A stretch of DNA of 64,000 bases from an uncultured Chloroflexia bacterium (GCA_963796365.1 CAWCLJ010000004.1:1930519-1994518); one strand, 5' to 3'; counted from the stretch's first letter, positions 26,554-36,955 are shown. The notes: generated by a model not told the origin, from the sequence alone. A program made the numbers and translations.

Positions 26554-27798
26554 ATGAACAGTGGAAAGCATGATTCCAATGATATTGAAACAAGATTGCA
26601 CAACTATTTTCAGAAACTGTCCGGCTTATTAAAAGCCGATCAAAACCTGTGGTTAAGACTGAAAACCCGGCTGGGCGAACAAAATACTCAAGTTGATGCT
26701 GAAACCATAAAGACGAAATTTATCCGTTGGTTTACCGGGCCTCGCTTGGTTATCGTTTCCACATCCATCGCGGTAATTCTGATATTGATAACCGTTGGTT
26801 CGGTTTGGCTGGCTTCACCGCATACACGCAATGCCCCTGCCTCACCGGGATTAACCAACGAATTGAATAATGGCGCTAATCCACCGACAACTACACGGTT
26901 TACTGTGACAGACTCGACCCCCAGTCAAGGTCCCTTTATTATTCCCGGGACTACTATGACTACGATAGCGATACCGGCACCTACTCAAATTATTGTTCCG
27001 GGTACTACTTCTCTTCCCCCTCCTGCTGGGACGACGGGATTGCATCCCGCAGCTACTACCGCAACAGTTCCGGCCACAACGCAGACCGCCGCTCCGACAA
27101 CTAGTGGCTCTGGTTCCGCCGCAAACTCTTATGACTTAGATACGATTCAGCAGGATGTAATCTATGAAGCTGATGTTTCCGTCACCGTGGATTCTGTAGC
27201 GACGGCATTAACTCAGGTGCAGACCATAGCCGAAAGCATGGGAGGTATGGTGGGCAGTATGTCCAGTACTGAGGGACAAGACCAGCAGCAGGCGACGATA
27301 ACGATTCGCGTCCCTCAGGACCAATTTTTGACCGCATTGAGTCGATTAGCGGGTCTGGGAACCATTCAAAGCCAGCAGGTAACCAGTCAGGATGTGACCG
27401 AACAATTTATTGATTTACAGGCGCGTCTCAAAAGCGCGCAGTTGGAGGAGCAAAGCTTTCAGGCGCTGCTGGACAAGGCTAATACAGTTGATGATATTCT
27501 TACAATTCAAGAGCAACTGACTCAAATACAGACCCAAATAGAAGACTTGCAAGGCCAAATCGATTATACACAGCACCGTATAGACTTGGCGACGATAAAC
27601 GTCACGTTGAACGTGCCGACGAAAAATGTGGGGCAACCTCCTTCCGGCTCTTTAACGGTCCTGGTGCCGGATGTTGAAAGCACTTTAGCTTCCGTGAAAC
27701 AACTGGTAGCCTCGGTCAAAGGAATAGTCGATAGTGATAGTATTTCTTTAGATAATGGCAAGGAAAGCGCCTATCTTTCATTGCGTGTCTATCGGTAA
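26554..27798 (+). CDS. membrane anti-sigma-like protein with a DUF4349-type extracytoplasmic domain (as annotated to the first stop)
   Basis: 414 aa with one TM helix (LVIVSTSIAVILILITVGSVWL), a Thr/Pro-rich linker, and a coiled-coil plus beta module (ATITIRVPQDQFLTALSRLAGLGTIQSQQVTSQDVTEQFIDLQARL). It sits immediately after the ECF sigma gene. Confidence 0.7.
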   Translation: MNSGKHDSNDIETRLHNYFQKLSGLLKADQNLWLRLKTRLGEQNTQVDAETIKTKFIRWFTGPRLVIVSTSIAVILILITVGSVWLASPHTRNAPASPGLTNELNNGANPPTTTRFTVTDSTPSQGPFIIPGTTMTTIAIPAPTQIIVPGTTSLPPPAGTTGLHPAATTATVPATTQTAAPTTSGSGSAANSYDLDTIQQDVIYEADVSVTVDSVATALTQVQTIAESMGGMVGSMSSTEGQDQQQATITIRVPQDQFLTALSRLAGLGTIQSQQVTSQDVTEQFIDLQARLKSAQLEEQSFQALLDKANTVDDILTIQEQLTQIQTQIEDLQGQIDYTQHRIDLATINVTLNVPTKNVGQPPSGSLTVLVPDVESTLASVKQLVASVKGIVDSDSISLDNGKESAYLSLRVYR

Positions 27799-28098
27799 GA
27801 CTTCGACCAGGTAATAGCCGATATCGAAAAGGAAGGAAAAACCCAGGAAAAGACAATCCAAGAGACCGCAGCACCGCAAGAAGATCTAATTTCTCCAGAG
27901 AGTAATCTCCCTCCTCCGGATGCCGTTATTACTTTAAGTCTATTTGAAGCGCAGGTTTCTCAACCGCAGGTATCTGGTTTTTGGACAGCCGGCAATACTG
28001 CCGCCATAACAATTACCGGTATTGTGGTTATCATTGCTGTTTTAGTCTTCCTGCGTATGGCTTATCGAGCGGGGCTTCTAAAGCAAAAGAAACCTTAA
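27799..28098 (+). other. in-frame continuation of the preceding gene past a TAA (99 sense codons, C-terminal TM anchor)
   Basis: Reading on from 27799 in the same frame gives DFDQVIADIEKEGKTQEK...FWTAGNTAAITITGIVVIIAVLVFLRMAYRAGLLKQKKP, ending at TAA 28096-28098. There is no start codon until the last 12 codons. A hairpin terminator follows. Confidence 0.65.
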
Positions 28099-28117
28099 AA
28101 AAATGACATCGGGTAAG

Positions 28118-28158
28118 AATTATTGACCGGTAATGAATGCTGCATAAGGTCAATAATT
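28118..28158 (+). terminator. hairpin terminator candidate
   Basis: AATTATTGACC (28118-28128) pairs with GGTCAATAATT (28148-28158). It is an 11-bp perfect stem with a 19-nt loop followed by TTAAATAAT. It lies 20 nt after the 28098 stop. Confidence 0.45.
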
Positions 28159-28198
28159 TTAAATAATCAGTTGCATCTGCAAACAGGGAGGATGGCGG

Positions 28199-28972
28199 AT
28201 GACATTTAAAAATATCATCGGAAAATATGGCATAATAGCGCTAATCCTTCTAGTGCTGCTCGTAATGCTGTTCATGCCGCCATCAATGTCGCTGGCATCA
28301 AGTTCAAGTGTCAGTGCCGTACCCTCAACTTCAGAGGTATTTCCCGGAGACAATTTCGATGTATCGATAAGAGTAAGCACTGATGTGCCGACACAGGGAG
28401 TCCAGTTTGGCCTTAGCTGGGACCCTGACAAGATCCAGTGCAATGGAGCAGAGGAGGGAGGGTTTTACAGAGACTTTGCACAATCTCATCCAGGCATGGG
28501 CGAAACGATTTTACCCGATAATCCTGAATGGGACAACAATTCAGGGAAATTTCCTCTCGGTTTTTCCTTTATAGGCATTGTTTTGATGGGAGGATTGGAT
28601 AAAACGGGCAATATACCGTGTCCCGCCGGGGTTGGAGATGTCTATGTTTTTCATATGTCAGCTAAGTCCGGGGCCAGTGGCACCGCCAACTTTACTTTAT
28701 CTAAGGTAATCCTTATAGATAACGACGATAACCCTTTGAATGTTGCAGTAAACTACGGACAGATAACAATAATATGGACCGGCAATACTAACTTGAATAA
28801 CAATACTGAACCTTCAAATTTAGAAGAAAACAACGGGCAGAATACGATAGTTGCCGCAAGCAATACTAGCATTAAGGTCATAGCTATTGCCTGTAGCGTG
28901 ATTATCGTGACTTTATTACTCTTTTTGGGATTAGCTTATAAATTAGGCCTCTTGCGGAAAAGAGAATTTTAA
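28199..28972 (+). CDS. cohesin-domain cell-surface protein with signal peptide and C-terminal TM anchor
   Basis: 257 aa. The signal or anchor sequence is IIALILLVLLVMLFMPPSMSLA. The cohesin-like core is VFPGDNFDVSIRVSTDVPTQGVQFGLSWDPDKI ... ANFTLSKVILID. There is an Asn-rich linker and a C-terminal helix plus LAYKLGLLRKREF. Confidence 0.65.
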   Translation: MTFKNIIGKYGIIALILLVLLVMLFMPPSMSLASSSSVSAVPSTSEVFPGDNFDVSIRVSTDVPTQGVQFGLSWDPDKIQCNGAEEGGFYRDFAQSHPGMGETILPDNPEWDNNSGKFPLGFSFIGIVLMGGLDKTGNIPCPAGVGDVYVFHMSAKSGASGTANFTLSKVILIDNDDNPLNVAVNYGQITIIWTGNTNLNNNTEPSNLEENNGQNTIVAASNTSIKVIAIACSVIIVTLLLFLGLAYKLGLLRKREF

Positions 28973-29338
28973 TTAATTGAAGGAGTCACTAATTTTAAAT
29001 ATCCAGAAAGTCCAAATATTTAATCTGATAATTGAACAAATATGGAAAAAGCAAAATTCCCGTTCTTTATCGTTCGGGATAACAAACACTCATTATGTTT
29101 AGCCAGTTAAGGAATGCCCGTTTTTATCGCGCTTATTACTTTCTTTGGATACCTATCAGGTAGGGTATGACGGCGTGCTTTCCGTTTCTCTTATTACCTC
29201 CGAAATAGCTTGGGTTTCTGCTTTTTGGTGAATTTCCTTATCTCAATTAAATGTTTGTATGCATGACACTCGTAGCCATCCTGTAAATAATATAAGAAGC
29301 AAAACTGGGATAATAGCGAATCATGTAGGTCAACCTGG

Positions 29339-30196
29339 ATGCTTGCAGACATACATAATGAAAACTCTCCAAAAGAAAGCATGGTCGTCCCGCTGGACGG
29401 CTCTAAATTAGCTGAGGTAGCTCTACCATACGCAGAGGAATTAGGTGCACGAACAGGTAGCGATATTATTTTGCTGTCGGTTCTTGAGGTCGCTGACACC
29501 GAGGATATGACTTACCTCCGGAGAATAATAGATGTCACCAAGTACCATGTTAAGAAATATCTGGTGATATCTGGGAGTAAAGAAGTTAACGTTTGTGCAA
29601 CAACTCGCGTTGGCAATCCGGCCGAGGCAATCGTAGATTTTGCTTGTAAATGGGACCAAAAACTGATTGTCATGGCTACTCATGGTCGGTCTGGCATTGG
29701 ACGCTGGGCATTGGGAAGTGTCGCCGATAAGGTAGTGAGAACTCCCACAAATTTGCCAATCATACTTATTAGAGGTAAGAAGGCACATCCAGATTTGCGC
29801 TACAAGCGCCTTTTTAGGAGGGTCCTTGTGCCACTTGACGGCTCAATACCCAGCGAAGCTGTGATTCCCTATATTGGCAAGCTTGCCTTAAAGCTCCAGA
29901 TGGAGCTAACCCTATTGCAGGTCGTGCAACAGGTCAATCACAATAAGGTAGACGCTGAATCCTACCTGCAAACTCAATGTGCCGAACTGGAACAGCTAGG
30001 TATAGCGGCGAATTACAGGGTACAAGTTGGCTCTCCGGCAGACAAGATTATTGACCTTGCCGATGAACTAGCGGTTGACCTGGTAGCCATGTCCACTCGT
30101 GGAAGAACTAGCAGCCCGCTTTGGACTATTGGGAGCGTCGCCCATAAGGTCCTGCTAGGGGGAAGCACACCTCTGTTATTATTGAAGTTGAAGTAG
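29339..30196 (+). CDS. tandem universal stress protein (two UspA domains)
   Basis: Two repeats of the VPLDGS ... ATHGRSGIGRWALGSVADKV / STRGRTSSPLWTIGSVAHKV pattern. The likely true start is the internal ATG giving MVVPLDGS. Confidence 0.85.
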   Translation: MLADIHNENSPKESMVVPLDGSKLAEVALPYAEELGARTGSDIILLSVLEVADTEDMTYLRRIIDVTKYHVKKYLVISGSKEVNVCATTRVGNPAEAIVDFACKWDQKLIVMATHGRSGIGRWALGSVADKVVRTPTNLPIILIRGKKAHPDLRYKRLFRRVLVPLDGSIPSEAVIPYIGKLALKLQMELTLLQVVQQVNHNKVDAESYLQTQCAELEQLGIAANYRVQVGSPADKIIDLADELAVDLVAMSTRGRTSSPLWTIGSVAHKVLLGGSTPLLLLKLK

Positions 30197-30536
30197 GAAG
30201 TCCCCATCGCTATAATGCGAGGCACAAGTAACAACTGGAGATGTCGTGACTGTAGGGTGTTCATGATGTTACTTAATCGAAGCTAGCGCAGCCAATATTC
30301 CAGAGTTGTGAAGATAAAAATTACCATCTTTCAAAGTAGTTTTTTGTCTCTTTAAATTGAGGATAATCCCTCTCATTATTTGGTAGGGTACAACCATTAC
30401 ACATATCGTTTTCGCATATATACTGATTTTAAGATTTATTAATATCAAGATATATTCTTTATAAAAAAATCTAAAATATTAAAAAGTAAATAAAATAAAA
30501 TGCCTCTTCTATTCCAAGTTATTTTGGGAGGCTTTT

Positions 30537-33500
30537 GTGAAAAACTCTAACCTAACCGATAAAAATGAAACGGTGAATAAGTCCGTATTAACGTCTTCCA
30601 GCCCTAAAGATTCAGTACCTTACGAGAGGGTTAATGACCTTGGCCTCGCCATTTTATATCACTCGCAGAGCGTCTTTTATATCGTTCAGGACGGTAAATT
30701 TCAATCTTTTTCCCCTCACCTTCTAAAATCCACCGGATTTAGCTATGAAGAATTACAAAAAATAAATTCGTTGGATTTGGTCCATCCTGAAGACCGCGAG
30801 ATGGTTAGGGAAAACGCCATCAAGATGCTTAAGGGCGAACGGTCTGCCCCTTATGAATTCAGATTACTGAATAAAGATAAAAAAATAAAGTACGTAAGGG
30901 AAACAGTAACTTCTATCACCTATGCCGGAAACAGGGCAACATTAGGAAACTGGGTCAACCTGACGGAATACCGGCAAGTGGAATCCGACTTGAACATCTC
31001 AGAAGAAAATTATCGTAATTTTTTTGATAATTTAAATGACGCGGCTATCCTTGCCGATACCGAGACCGGAATAATTGTTGAAGCTAACAAGCAAGCTTCT
31101 AATTTGCTAGGTAGAAGCCATGACGAGATAGTAGGGTTGCATCAGTCTCAAATACATCCCCCAGACCAAGTAGAAAAATTTAAAGAGTTGTTCCGTAAAC
31201 ATTCTTCTCAAAGCATTTTCTTCAATGAAGATGGCATAATCATCAATAAATATGGCGATTTAATACCGGTAACGATAAGCACTTCTTTTTCTGAAATGCA
31301 CGGTAAACGTTATATCCTGTGTATTTTCCATGATACTTCAAACCGAAAACGTGCCGAATTGGCTCTAAAAGAATCTGAAGAATTGTTTTCCAAGGCCTTC
31401 AATGCCATCCCGGAAACCCTGACCATCGCCCGTTTTCGTGATGGAGCACTTATTGTTGTTAACGATAATTATTGCAGCCATAGTGGACTTGATCGTAGCG
31501 CTATAATAGGCCGCACCGCAGTGGAATTGGGCTTGTGGGATCAATTTAATAAGCATGACCTCGTAATGGAAGAACTGCAAAACAAAAACAGTATGGGAAA
31601 TATGGAAATCGCGATAAAAACAAAATCCGGTGAAACTAATACAGTGCTGATATCGGCAGAAAAATTTAACATTAATGGTGAAACATGCGTTTTAACCCTC
31701 GGCAAAGACATCACTGAGCGTAAAAGGGCGGAAGAGGCACTGAAAGAAAGCGAGGAGGAATTCCGTAACATTATCGAACACGGTAATGATAGCATACTCT
31801 TTCTTCAGAACGGGAAGATTATTTACTCCAACTCTAAGATATCGGAAATGTTCGGCTATGCCATGAAGGAAGTTAAAGGGAAATCATTCCTTGATTTTAT
31901 CGCGCCGGAAGATAAGAAAAAGGCATGGGAATCATACACCCGAAGAATCCGCGGCGATAAGGTGCCCGAAAAATACGAGCTTACCTTATTAGCGAAAGAC
32001 GGTAGAAAGGTAAATGTCGAGATAAGCGCTAGCCTTTTTACATATCACGGGGATATAGCCAATATGGCGATTATTCGTGATATCACCGAGCGCAAGCAAG
32101 CAATAGAAGTGCTGCAAGAATCGGAAGCCAAATTCAAAAATCTTGCAGAACAGTCGCCAAATATGATTTTTATCAATCAGAATGGGCACATCGTATATGC
32201 CAATAAGAAATGTGAAGATGTTATAGGATACACGAAGGAAGCTCTCTATTCCCCCGACTTTAACTTTCTCACGTTAATTGCACCGAAGTACAGAGGCGTC
32301 ATTGAGAAAAACTTCAAAAGGCATATGGAGAACGCTGAAAATCCTCCCACCGAGTATTCGATAGTCACCAAAGCTGGTAAAGAAATTGAGTGTATACTCA
32401 ACACCAAGCTCATAAGTTACAATGATGGAACAGCTATTCTCGGCACGGCAACAGATATCAACGAGCGTAAACGCGTTGAAGAAGCTCTTCGGGAGTCAGA
32501 GGAGAAGTTAACTACTGTCTTTCAGACCAGCCCGGATTGTATTGCACTTGTCAAGGTAGGAGATAATAAATTCATTGACGTAAATGATGCCTTCGTGAAA
32601 CTAAATGGATATTCTCGCGAAGAAGTAATCGGTCATACGGCAACCGAGGTTAACATCTGGGCTAATACGGATGAACGCGATAGAATACTCAAGATTATGA
32701 AAGAAACCGGCAGCGTTCATAATGAAAAATGTAATCTTCGTTCGAAAACAGGAGAAATACGTATCGGATTGTTTTCTGCCAAGGTGGTAATTATCCGCGG
32801 AGAACCTTATTCTATCGCTGTTACGATTGATATAACCGAACAAACGCGAGTTGAACAAGCCTTGAAAGAATCGGAGGAAAAGTTTTCCGTAACTTTCCGT
32901 TCAAGCCCTGAAATGATTGCGGTCACGAACCTAAAAACTGGTAAGTACATAGAAGTTAATGATAGTTTTATTTCAGTTACAGGCTACAGTCGGGAGGAAT
33001 TAGTCGGCCACGATCTGGGCGAGATAAATATGTTCGTTGACCCGCATGATGCCGAAAAAATGGCTAATATTGTTCAGGAAAAAGGTGGGATCAAGAATCT
33101 GGAGTTTAGCTTCCGCATGAAATCCGGTGAAATACGTGTATGGTTATGCTCATCTGAGTCCACGGTGATTAATGGAGATCCTTGTTCAATCGCTGTAGCT
33201 ACGGATATTACCGAGCGTAAGAAAATAGAAGATGAACTGCATAAATATAAAGAATACCTTGAAGAACTGGTATCACTGAGGACCCAGGAATTGGAAAACT
33301 CCAATTCGAAACTGGAGCAGGAACTTACCGAACGGCGGCGGATTGAGGAAGAATTGCAGGATGCTATAAAAAGAGCCGATGCAGCCAATAAGGCAAAGAG
33401 TGAATTCCTTGCCCGCATGAGCCATGAAATACGCACGCCTATTCATGGGGTTATGGGAACCCTTGACCTGTTGTGCGATACGAAACTGGAATTGGAGCAA

Positions 33501-35300
33501 CAACAGTATGTAAATATGTCAAAAACATCGGCGGAAAACCTCTTAAATGTCATAAACGACATTTTAGATTTTTCTAAAATCGAAGCTGGAAAACTCGAAA
33601 TAGACTACAAAGAATTTGAACTTAATGGAATGCTTGAAGATACTCTGGAGGCCATAGCGGTATCAGCCCATAGAAAGGGACTGGAAATTATCCTTCAAAT
33701 ATCCCGAGACGTTCCCTCGAACCTATTAGGTGATGCGACTCGCTTGCGGCAAATTATTATCAATTTGCTTGGCAATGCCGTAAAGTTTACCGAACAGGGT
33801 GAAATTCTCTTACGGGTAGAGAATGAATCTAACAATGAGAACGAAGTGGAATTACATTTCAGCGTTAAGGACACTGGCATAGGTATACCGAAGGAAAAAG
33901 GCGAGATATTGTTCCAGCCTTTCGAGCAGGTAGATGGGTCCAATCAGCGTAAGTATGGAGGTACGGGTCTAGGCTTGTCGATTAGTAAACAGCTAGTTTC
34001 TTTAATGGGCGGACGTATCTGGTTTAAGAGTTGGGAGCGAGAAGGCAGTGTTTTTCATTTCACAGCGAAATTTAAAAAACAGGCTTCCTCAAAACCGATT
34101 GAAAATACTCAAGGAATTCCAATGGAGTTACGTGGTACCTCGCTAATGTTAATTGACGACAATGCAACTTACCGCTCCATATTAAAGGATGTGTTAACTG
34201 ATTGGGGATTCCGGGTAACTGAAATGAACAGTGGCCACGCTGCCATTAAAGAACTTGAGGATGGTACAGGGACTTCTCGAAAATACCGTATCATCCTCCT
34301 GGATAAAGAAATGCCCGAAATGAATGGTCTCGATACAGCGAAACGGATAATACAGAACATAAGGCAAGACACCAGTATCGTGATGATGCTTCCTTCGGAT
34401 AATATCAGCAGTGATTTCACAGCGTGTCAGGAACTTGGTATTTCAAATTTAATCGTTAAACCGATAAAAAAATCAGAGCTCATTGTAACGATTCTTAAGG
34501 CGTTAGGACAAGAAACAAAAGGGCAAAAGTCTGGAGGAAAAGTTGCATCGGCAGATTCCTTAACCAACATCATGCCTCGTAAAATTTTGGTAGCTGAAGA
34601 CAACCCGACTTCCCAGTTGATTGCTAAGAAAATATTGGAGAAAGTCGGCCACACAGTCCAAATAGCAGGAACAGGTATCGAAGTTATTCGTATGCTTAAG
34701 GAAGGTAAGTTCGATATTATCCTGATGGATGTTGAAATGCCGGAAATGAGCGGCATTGAGGCGACACGTTTAATCAGGAAAGAAGAGAATATCTCGAAAC
34801 AGCATATTCCTATTGTCGCCATGACGGCTTATGCCATGAAAGAAGACCGACAGAAGTGTTTGGATGCTGGAATGGATACCTATATATCCAAGCCGGTAAA
34901 CATAGATGAGCTGCAAAAAATAATTAAAGAATTTTCTTCTACGAATGATAATTTATCCCCGGTGGTAGATATCGAAGCAGCGTATAAATTCGTTGGCGGG
35001 CATAAAGAAATCCTCGAAGAGGTTGTCCATGTTTTCTTAGATGAAGATTATCTGGAACAATTGCAGAAGCTCAAAGAAGGTATCGCTAAGCCGGACGCTG
35101 AGGCTGTGAAACAGGCCGCGCATTCGATCAAAGGCGCTGTTCGCAGCCTCGGCGGCAAAACCCCCGGCGATACTGCTTTTAAACTTGAAGAGATGGGAAG
35201 AAACAATAATCTGGCGGGAGCTGAACAAATCTTGGAACAACTTAAACGGGAGATATCTCAATTTAGTGATTTTTACAAAAAATTCGATTGGGGAAAATAA
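30537..35300 (+). CDS. multi-PAS hybrid sensor histidine kinase (HisKA-HATPase, two receiver domains, HPt)
   Basis: 1587 aa. It has at least seven PAS units separated by repeated ERKRAEEALKESEE-type linkers. H box SHEIRTPIHGV, N box LLGNAVKFT, G boxes DTGIGI and GGTGLGLSIS. The receivers are LMLIDDN... and ILVAEDNPTSQ...DIILMDVEMPEMSG. The HPt motif is HSIKGAVRSLG. Confidence 0.92.
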   Translation: MKNSNLTDKNETVNKSVLTSSSPKDSVPYERVNDLGLAILYHSQSVFYIVQDGKFQSFSPHLLKSTGFSYEELQKINSLDLVHPEDREMVRENAIKMLKGERSAPYEFRLLNKDKKIKYVRETVTSITYAGNRATLGNWVNLTEYRQVESDLNISEENYRNFFDNLNDAAILADTETGIIVEANKQASNLLGRSHDEIVGLHQSQIHPPDQVEKFKELFRKHSSQSIFFNEDGIIINKYGDLIPVTISTSFSEMHGKRYILCIFHDTSNRKRAELALKESEELFSKAFNAIPETLTIARFRDGALIVVNDNYCSHSGLDRSAIIGRTAVELGLWDQFNKHDLVMEELQNKNSMGNMEIAIKTKSGETNTVLISAEKFNINGETCVLTLGKDITERKRAEEALKESEEEFRNIIEHGNDSILFLQNGKIIYSNSKISEMFGYAMKEVKGKSFLDFIAPEDKKKAWESYTRRIRGDKVPEKYELTLLAKDGRKVNVEISASLFTYHGDIANMAIIRDITERKQAIEVLQESEAKFKNLAEQSPNMIFINQNGHIVYANKKCEDVIGYTKEALYSPDFNFLTLIAPKYRGVIEKNFKRHMENAENPPTEYSIVTKAGKEIECILNTKLISYNDGTAILGTATDINERKRVEEALRESEEKLTTVFQTSPDCIALVKVGDNKFIDVNDAFVKLNGYSREEVIGHTATEVNIWANTDERDRILKIMKETGSVHNEKCNLRSKTGEIRIGLFSAKVVIIRGEPYSIAVTIDITEQTRVEQALKESEEKFSVTFRSSPEMIAVTNLKTGKYIEVNDSFISVTGYSREELVGHDLGEINMFVDPHDAEKMANIVQEKGGIKNLEFSFRMKSGEIRVWLCSSESTVINGDPCSIAVATDITERKKIEDELHKYKEYLEELVSLRTQELENSNSKLEQELTERRRIEEELQDAIKRADAANKAKSEFLARMSHEIRTPIHGVMGTLDLLCDTKLELEQQQYVNMSKTSAENLLNVINDILDFSKIEAGKLEIDYKEFELNGMLEDTLEAIAVSAHRKGLEIILQISRDVPSNLLGDATRLRQIIINLLGNAVKFTEQGEILLRVENESNNENEVELHFSVKDTGIGIPKEKGEILFQPFEQVDGSNQRKYGGTGLGLSISKQLVSLMGGRIWFKSWEREGSVFHFTAKFKKQASSKPIENTQGIPMELRGTSLMLIDDNATYRSILKDVLTDWGFRVTEMNSGHAAIKELEDGTGTSRKYRIILLDKEMPEMNGLDTAKRIIQNIRQDTSIVMMLPSDNISSDFTACQELGISNLIVKPIKKSELIVTILKALGQETKGQKSGGKVASADSLTNIMPRKILVAEDNPTSQLIAKKILEKVGHTVQIAGTGIEVIRMLKEGKFDIILMDVEMPEMSGIEATRLIRKEENISKQHIPIVAMTAYAMKEDRQKCLDAGMDTYISKPVNIDELQKIIKEFSSTNDNLSPVVDIEAAYKFVGGHKEILEEVVHVFLDEDYLEQLQKLKEGIAKPDAEAVKQAAHSIKGAVRSLGGKTPGDTAFKLEEMGRNNNLAGAEQILEQLKREISQFSDFYKKFDWGK

Positions 35301-35341
35301 TCTAAAACTTAAAAACTTAAATTAATTACGGAGAAGGACAT

Positions 35342-35773
35342 ATGGCAAGGCAGCAAAAGATTCTTATTATTGATGACAATCATTCTCTAGTCCTTGGTGC
35401 CCAACTTCTGTTAAAAAAGAATAATTTTGATGTTGTTACGGCATACGATGGGGCTGAGGGATTGGAAAAAGTCATAAAGGAAAAGCCAGATTTGGTTATT
35501 CTTGATATCAATATGCCTGTGATGGATGGTTATGAAGTATGCCGGAAATTGCGGAGTAATCCTGATACTGCACGCACATCGATTATCATTTTAAGCTCCA
35601 GAGGCGAAGTAGATCCAAACATAAACGCACCGTCTGAAGGATTTAAAGATGTAAATGAAGGCTATGATTTGGGAGCCAATAACTTTTTAACGAAACCGGT
35701 TACCGCCCAAGAATTATTGGATGCGGTACAAAATGAATTGTCATTTAGTAATTTCTTGAGTAAGCAGACTTAA
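35342..35773 (+). CDS. receiver-only (CheY-like) response regulator
   Basis: 143 aa with KILIIDDN and DLVILDINMPVMDG and no output domain. Confidence 0.88.
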   Translation: MARQQKILIIDDNHSLVLGAQLLLKKNNFDVVTAYDGAEGLEKVIKEKPDLVILDINMPVMDGYEVCRKLRSNPDTARTSIIILSSRGEVDPNINAPSEGFKDVNEGYDLGANNFLTKPVTAQELLDAVQNELSFSNFLSKQT

Positions 35774-36076
35774 CTTTTGTCCAAATTGTGTCACCTAACC
35801 ATTTTAGTAGGGAAAGCATATCAAATAGTGACGATTAATAGGGGATACTTTACATAAATCAATGAATATCACTGAGATATTATCTTAGTCACCATACCAT
35901 TAAAGATAGATTGATACTTTGGGTTATACCTGAGTTTTACCTGCTATATTGACATTCCAATCTGAGACTGATAAGCTATCTTCAAGAAAGGAGGCAAGGG
36001 GTTGCCAGCCTTTCGTGAGTGAATCTCATAAGCCCTTGGTCGGTGGTCCAAATCCACCCGCTACCACCAATTTGCT

Positions 36077-36955
36077 CTAAGTCCAGTGTTTATCTCCAAC
36101 AGGGAAGCGGCAATGCGGGACTGGACAGCCGATACAGTTGGATAACCGTAATGATGGTAGTTTAGCTCCCTTTGATTGCTCTACAAATTTTATCGCGCTT
36201 CTAACCTGTTCGTTGGTTCCTTTTATGATCAGTATCGTTGCTCCCTCAGCTCCGCCCAAACCACCTGAAGCAATAGGTATTGCCGTAGCGCCGCTCAGCA
36301 TTTTCACAGCATCTATTTCGGTTACCGTTGTTCCAGCAGGACAAGGAAATAGTCCGGCGGGTAATCCCATACCGTATTCGTACTTAGCTTGCTTGGCTTC
36401 TATTGCCGCCTCACGTATAGAGATGGGGATTAGTTTTTCCAGTCCCACCGGGAAAACCAGAGTAAACTTCTTTTTCTTCCATGTTGAAAATATAATACCT
36501 AAAGCTCCGCGTTCGCCGCATAAAATACCCACATTACCCTGATAATCCAGGGCGTTTACCCCTTTTATATACACATCGTTAGCTGTCATTTGCTCCATTA
36601 ATCCCGATGTAGTGTTTTCCGTTATTACCTTTCCCTTCTTTATCGCCCACAACCCTCCGAGCTCTCCCGGGTCGTATTTATCACTTTGAGGAGAATGACC
36701 TCCGAGCGCCATTGCCATTTCGACACACATTCCCCTTGGAGTAACCACACCACAGACCCAATGGTTAGTCATAGGTTTCATCCCGATTAGTTCTTCAAAA
36801 ATGAAGTAAGTACTGCTGCTTGGATGTAGCACAATCATTCCTTCCGCCGCTGCCTGTTTGACCACATCCAATTTGGCAATAGCCTTTGCAATCAGTTTTT
36901 TAGACTCTGCCGGTGTAAGTACAACCTGAGCTAACATACGCTCCTCCCGGTACAA
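36077..36955 (-). CDS. hypothetical protein (Cys-rich C-terminus)
   Basis: 292-aa ORF with coding-like composition. The likely start is MLAQVVLTPAESKK. The C-terminus is NCIGCPVPHCRFP. No family recognised. Confidence 0.45.
   Translation of the reverse strand: MYREERMLAQVVLTPAESKKLIAKAIAKLDVVKQAAAEGMIVLHPSSSTYFIFEELIGMKPMTNHWVCGVVTPRGMCVEMAMALGGHSPQSDKYDPGELGGLWAIKKGKVITENTTSGLMEQMTANDVYIKGVNALDYQGNVGILCGERGALGIIFSTWKKKKFTLVFPVGLEKLIPISIREAAIEAKQAKYEYGMGLPAGLFPCPAGTTVTEIDAVKMLSGATAIPIASGGLGGAEGATILIIKGTNEQVRSAIKFVEQSKGAKLPSLRLSNCIGCPVPHCRFPVGDKHWT

Noticed and set aside
30537-35300. Periodic repeats (GAGCGTAAACG.GCGGAAGAGGC.CTGAAAGAA..GAGGA-like) that might look like a repeat array.
   Set aside because: They are the coding sequence of repeated PAS-linker peptides (ERKRAEEALKESEE) inside one long ORF. 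The spacing equals PAS domain length, not CRISPR geometry.
36042-36069. A tRNA/tmRNA-like 3' end: GGTGG-TCCAAAT-CCACC (T-arm shape), followed by CGCTACC-A-CCA.
   Set aside because: No complementary 5' acceptor strand (GGTAGCG) lies within 400 nt upstream, and I found no anticodon or D arm. Position 70 would be A, so there is no G3:U70 for a tmRNA. At best it is a tRNA 3' fragment (an att-site remnant). It could equally be a chance hairpin, so it is not reported as an RNA gene.
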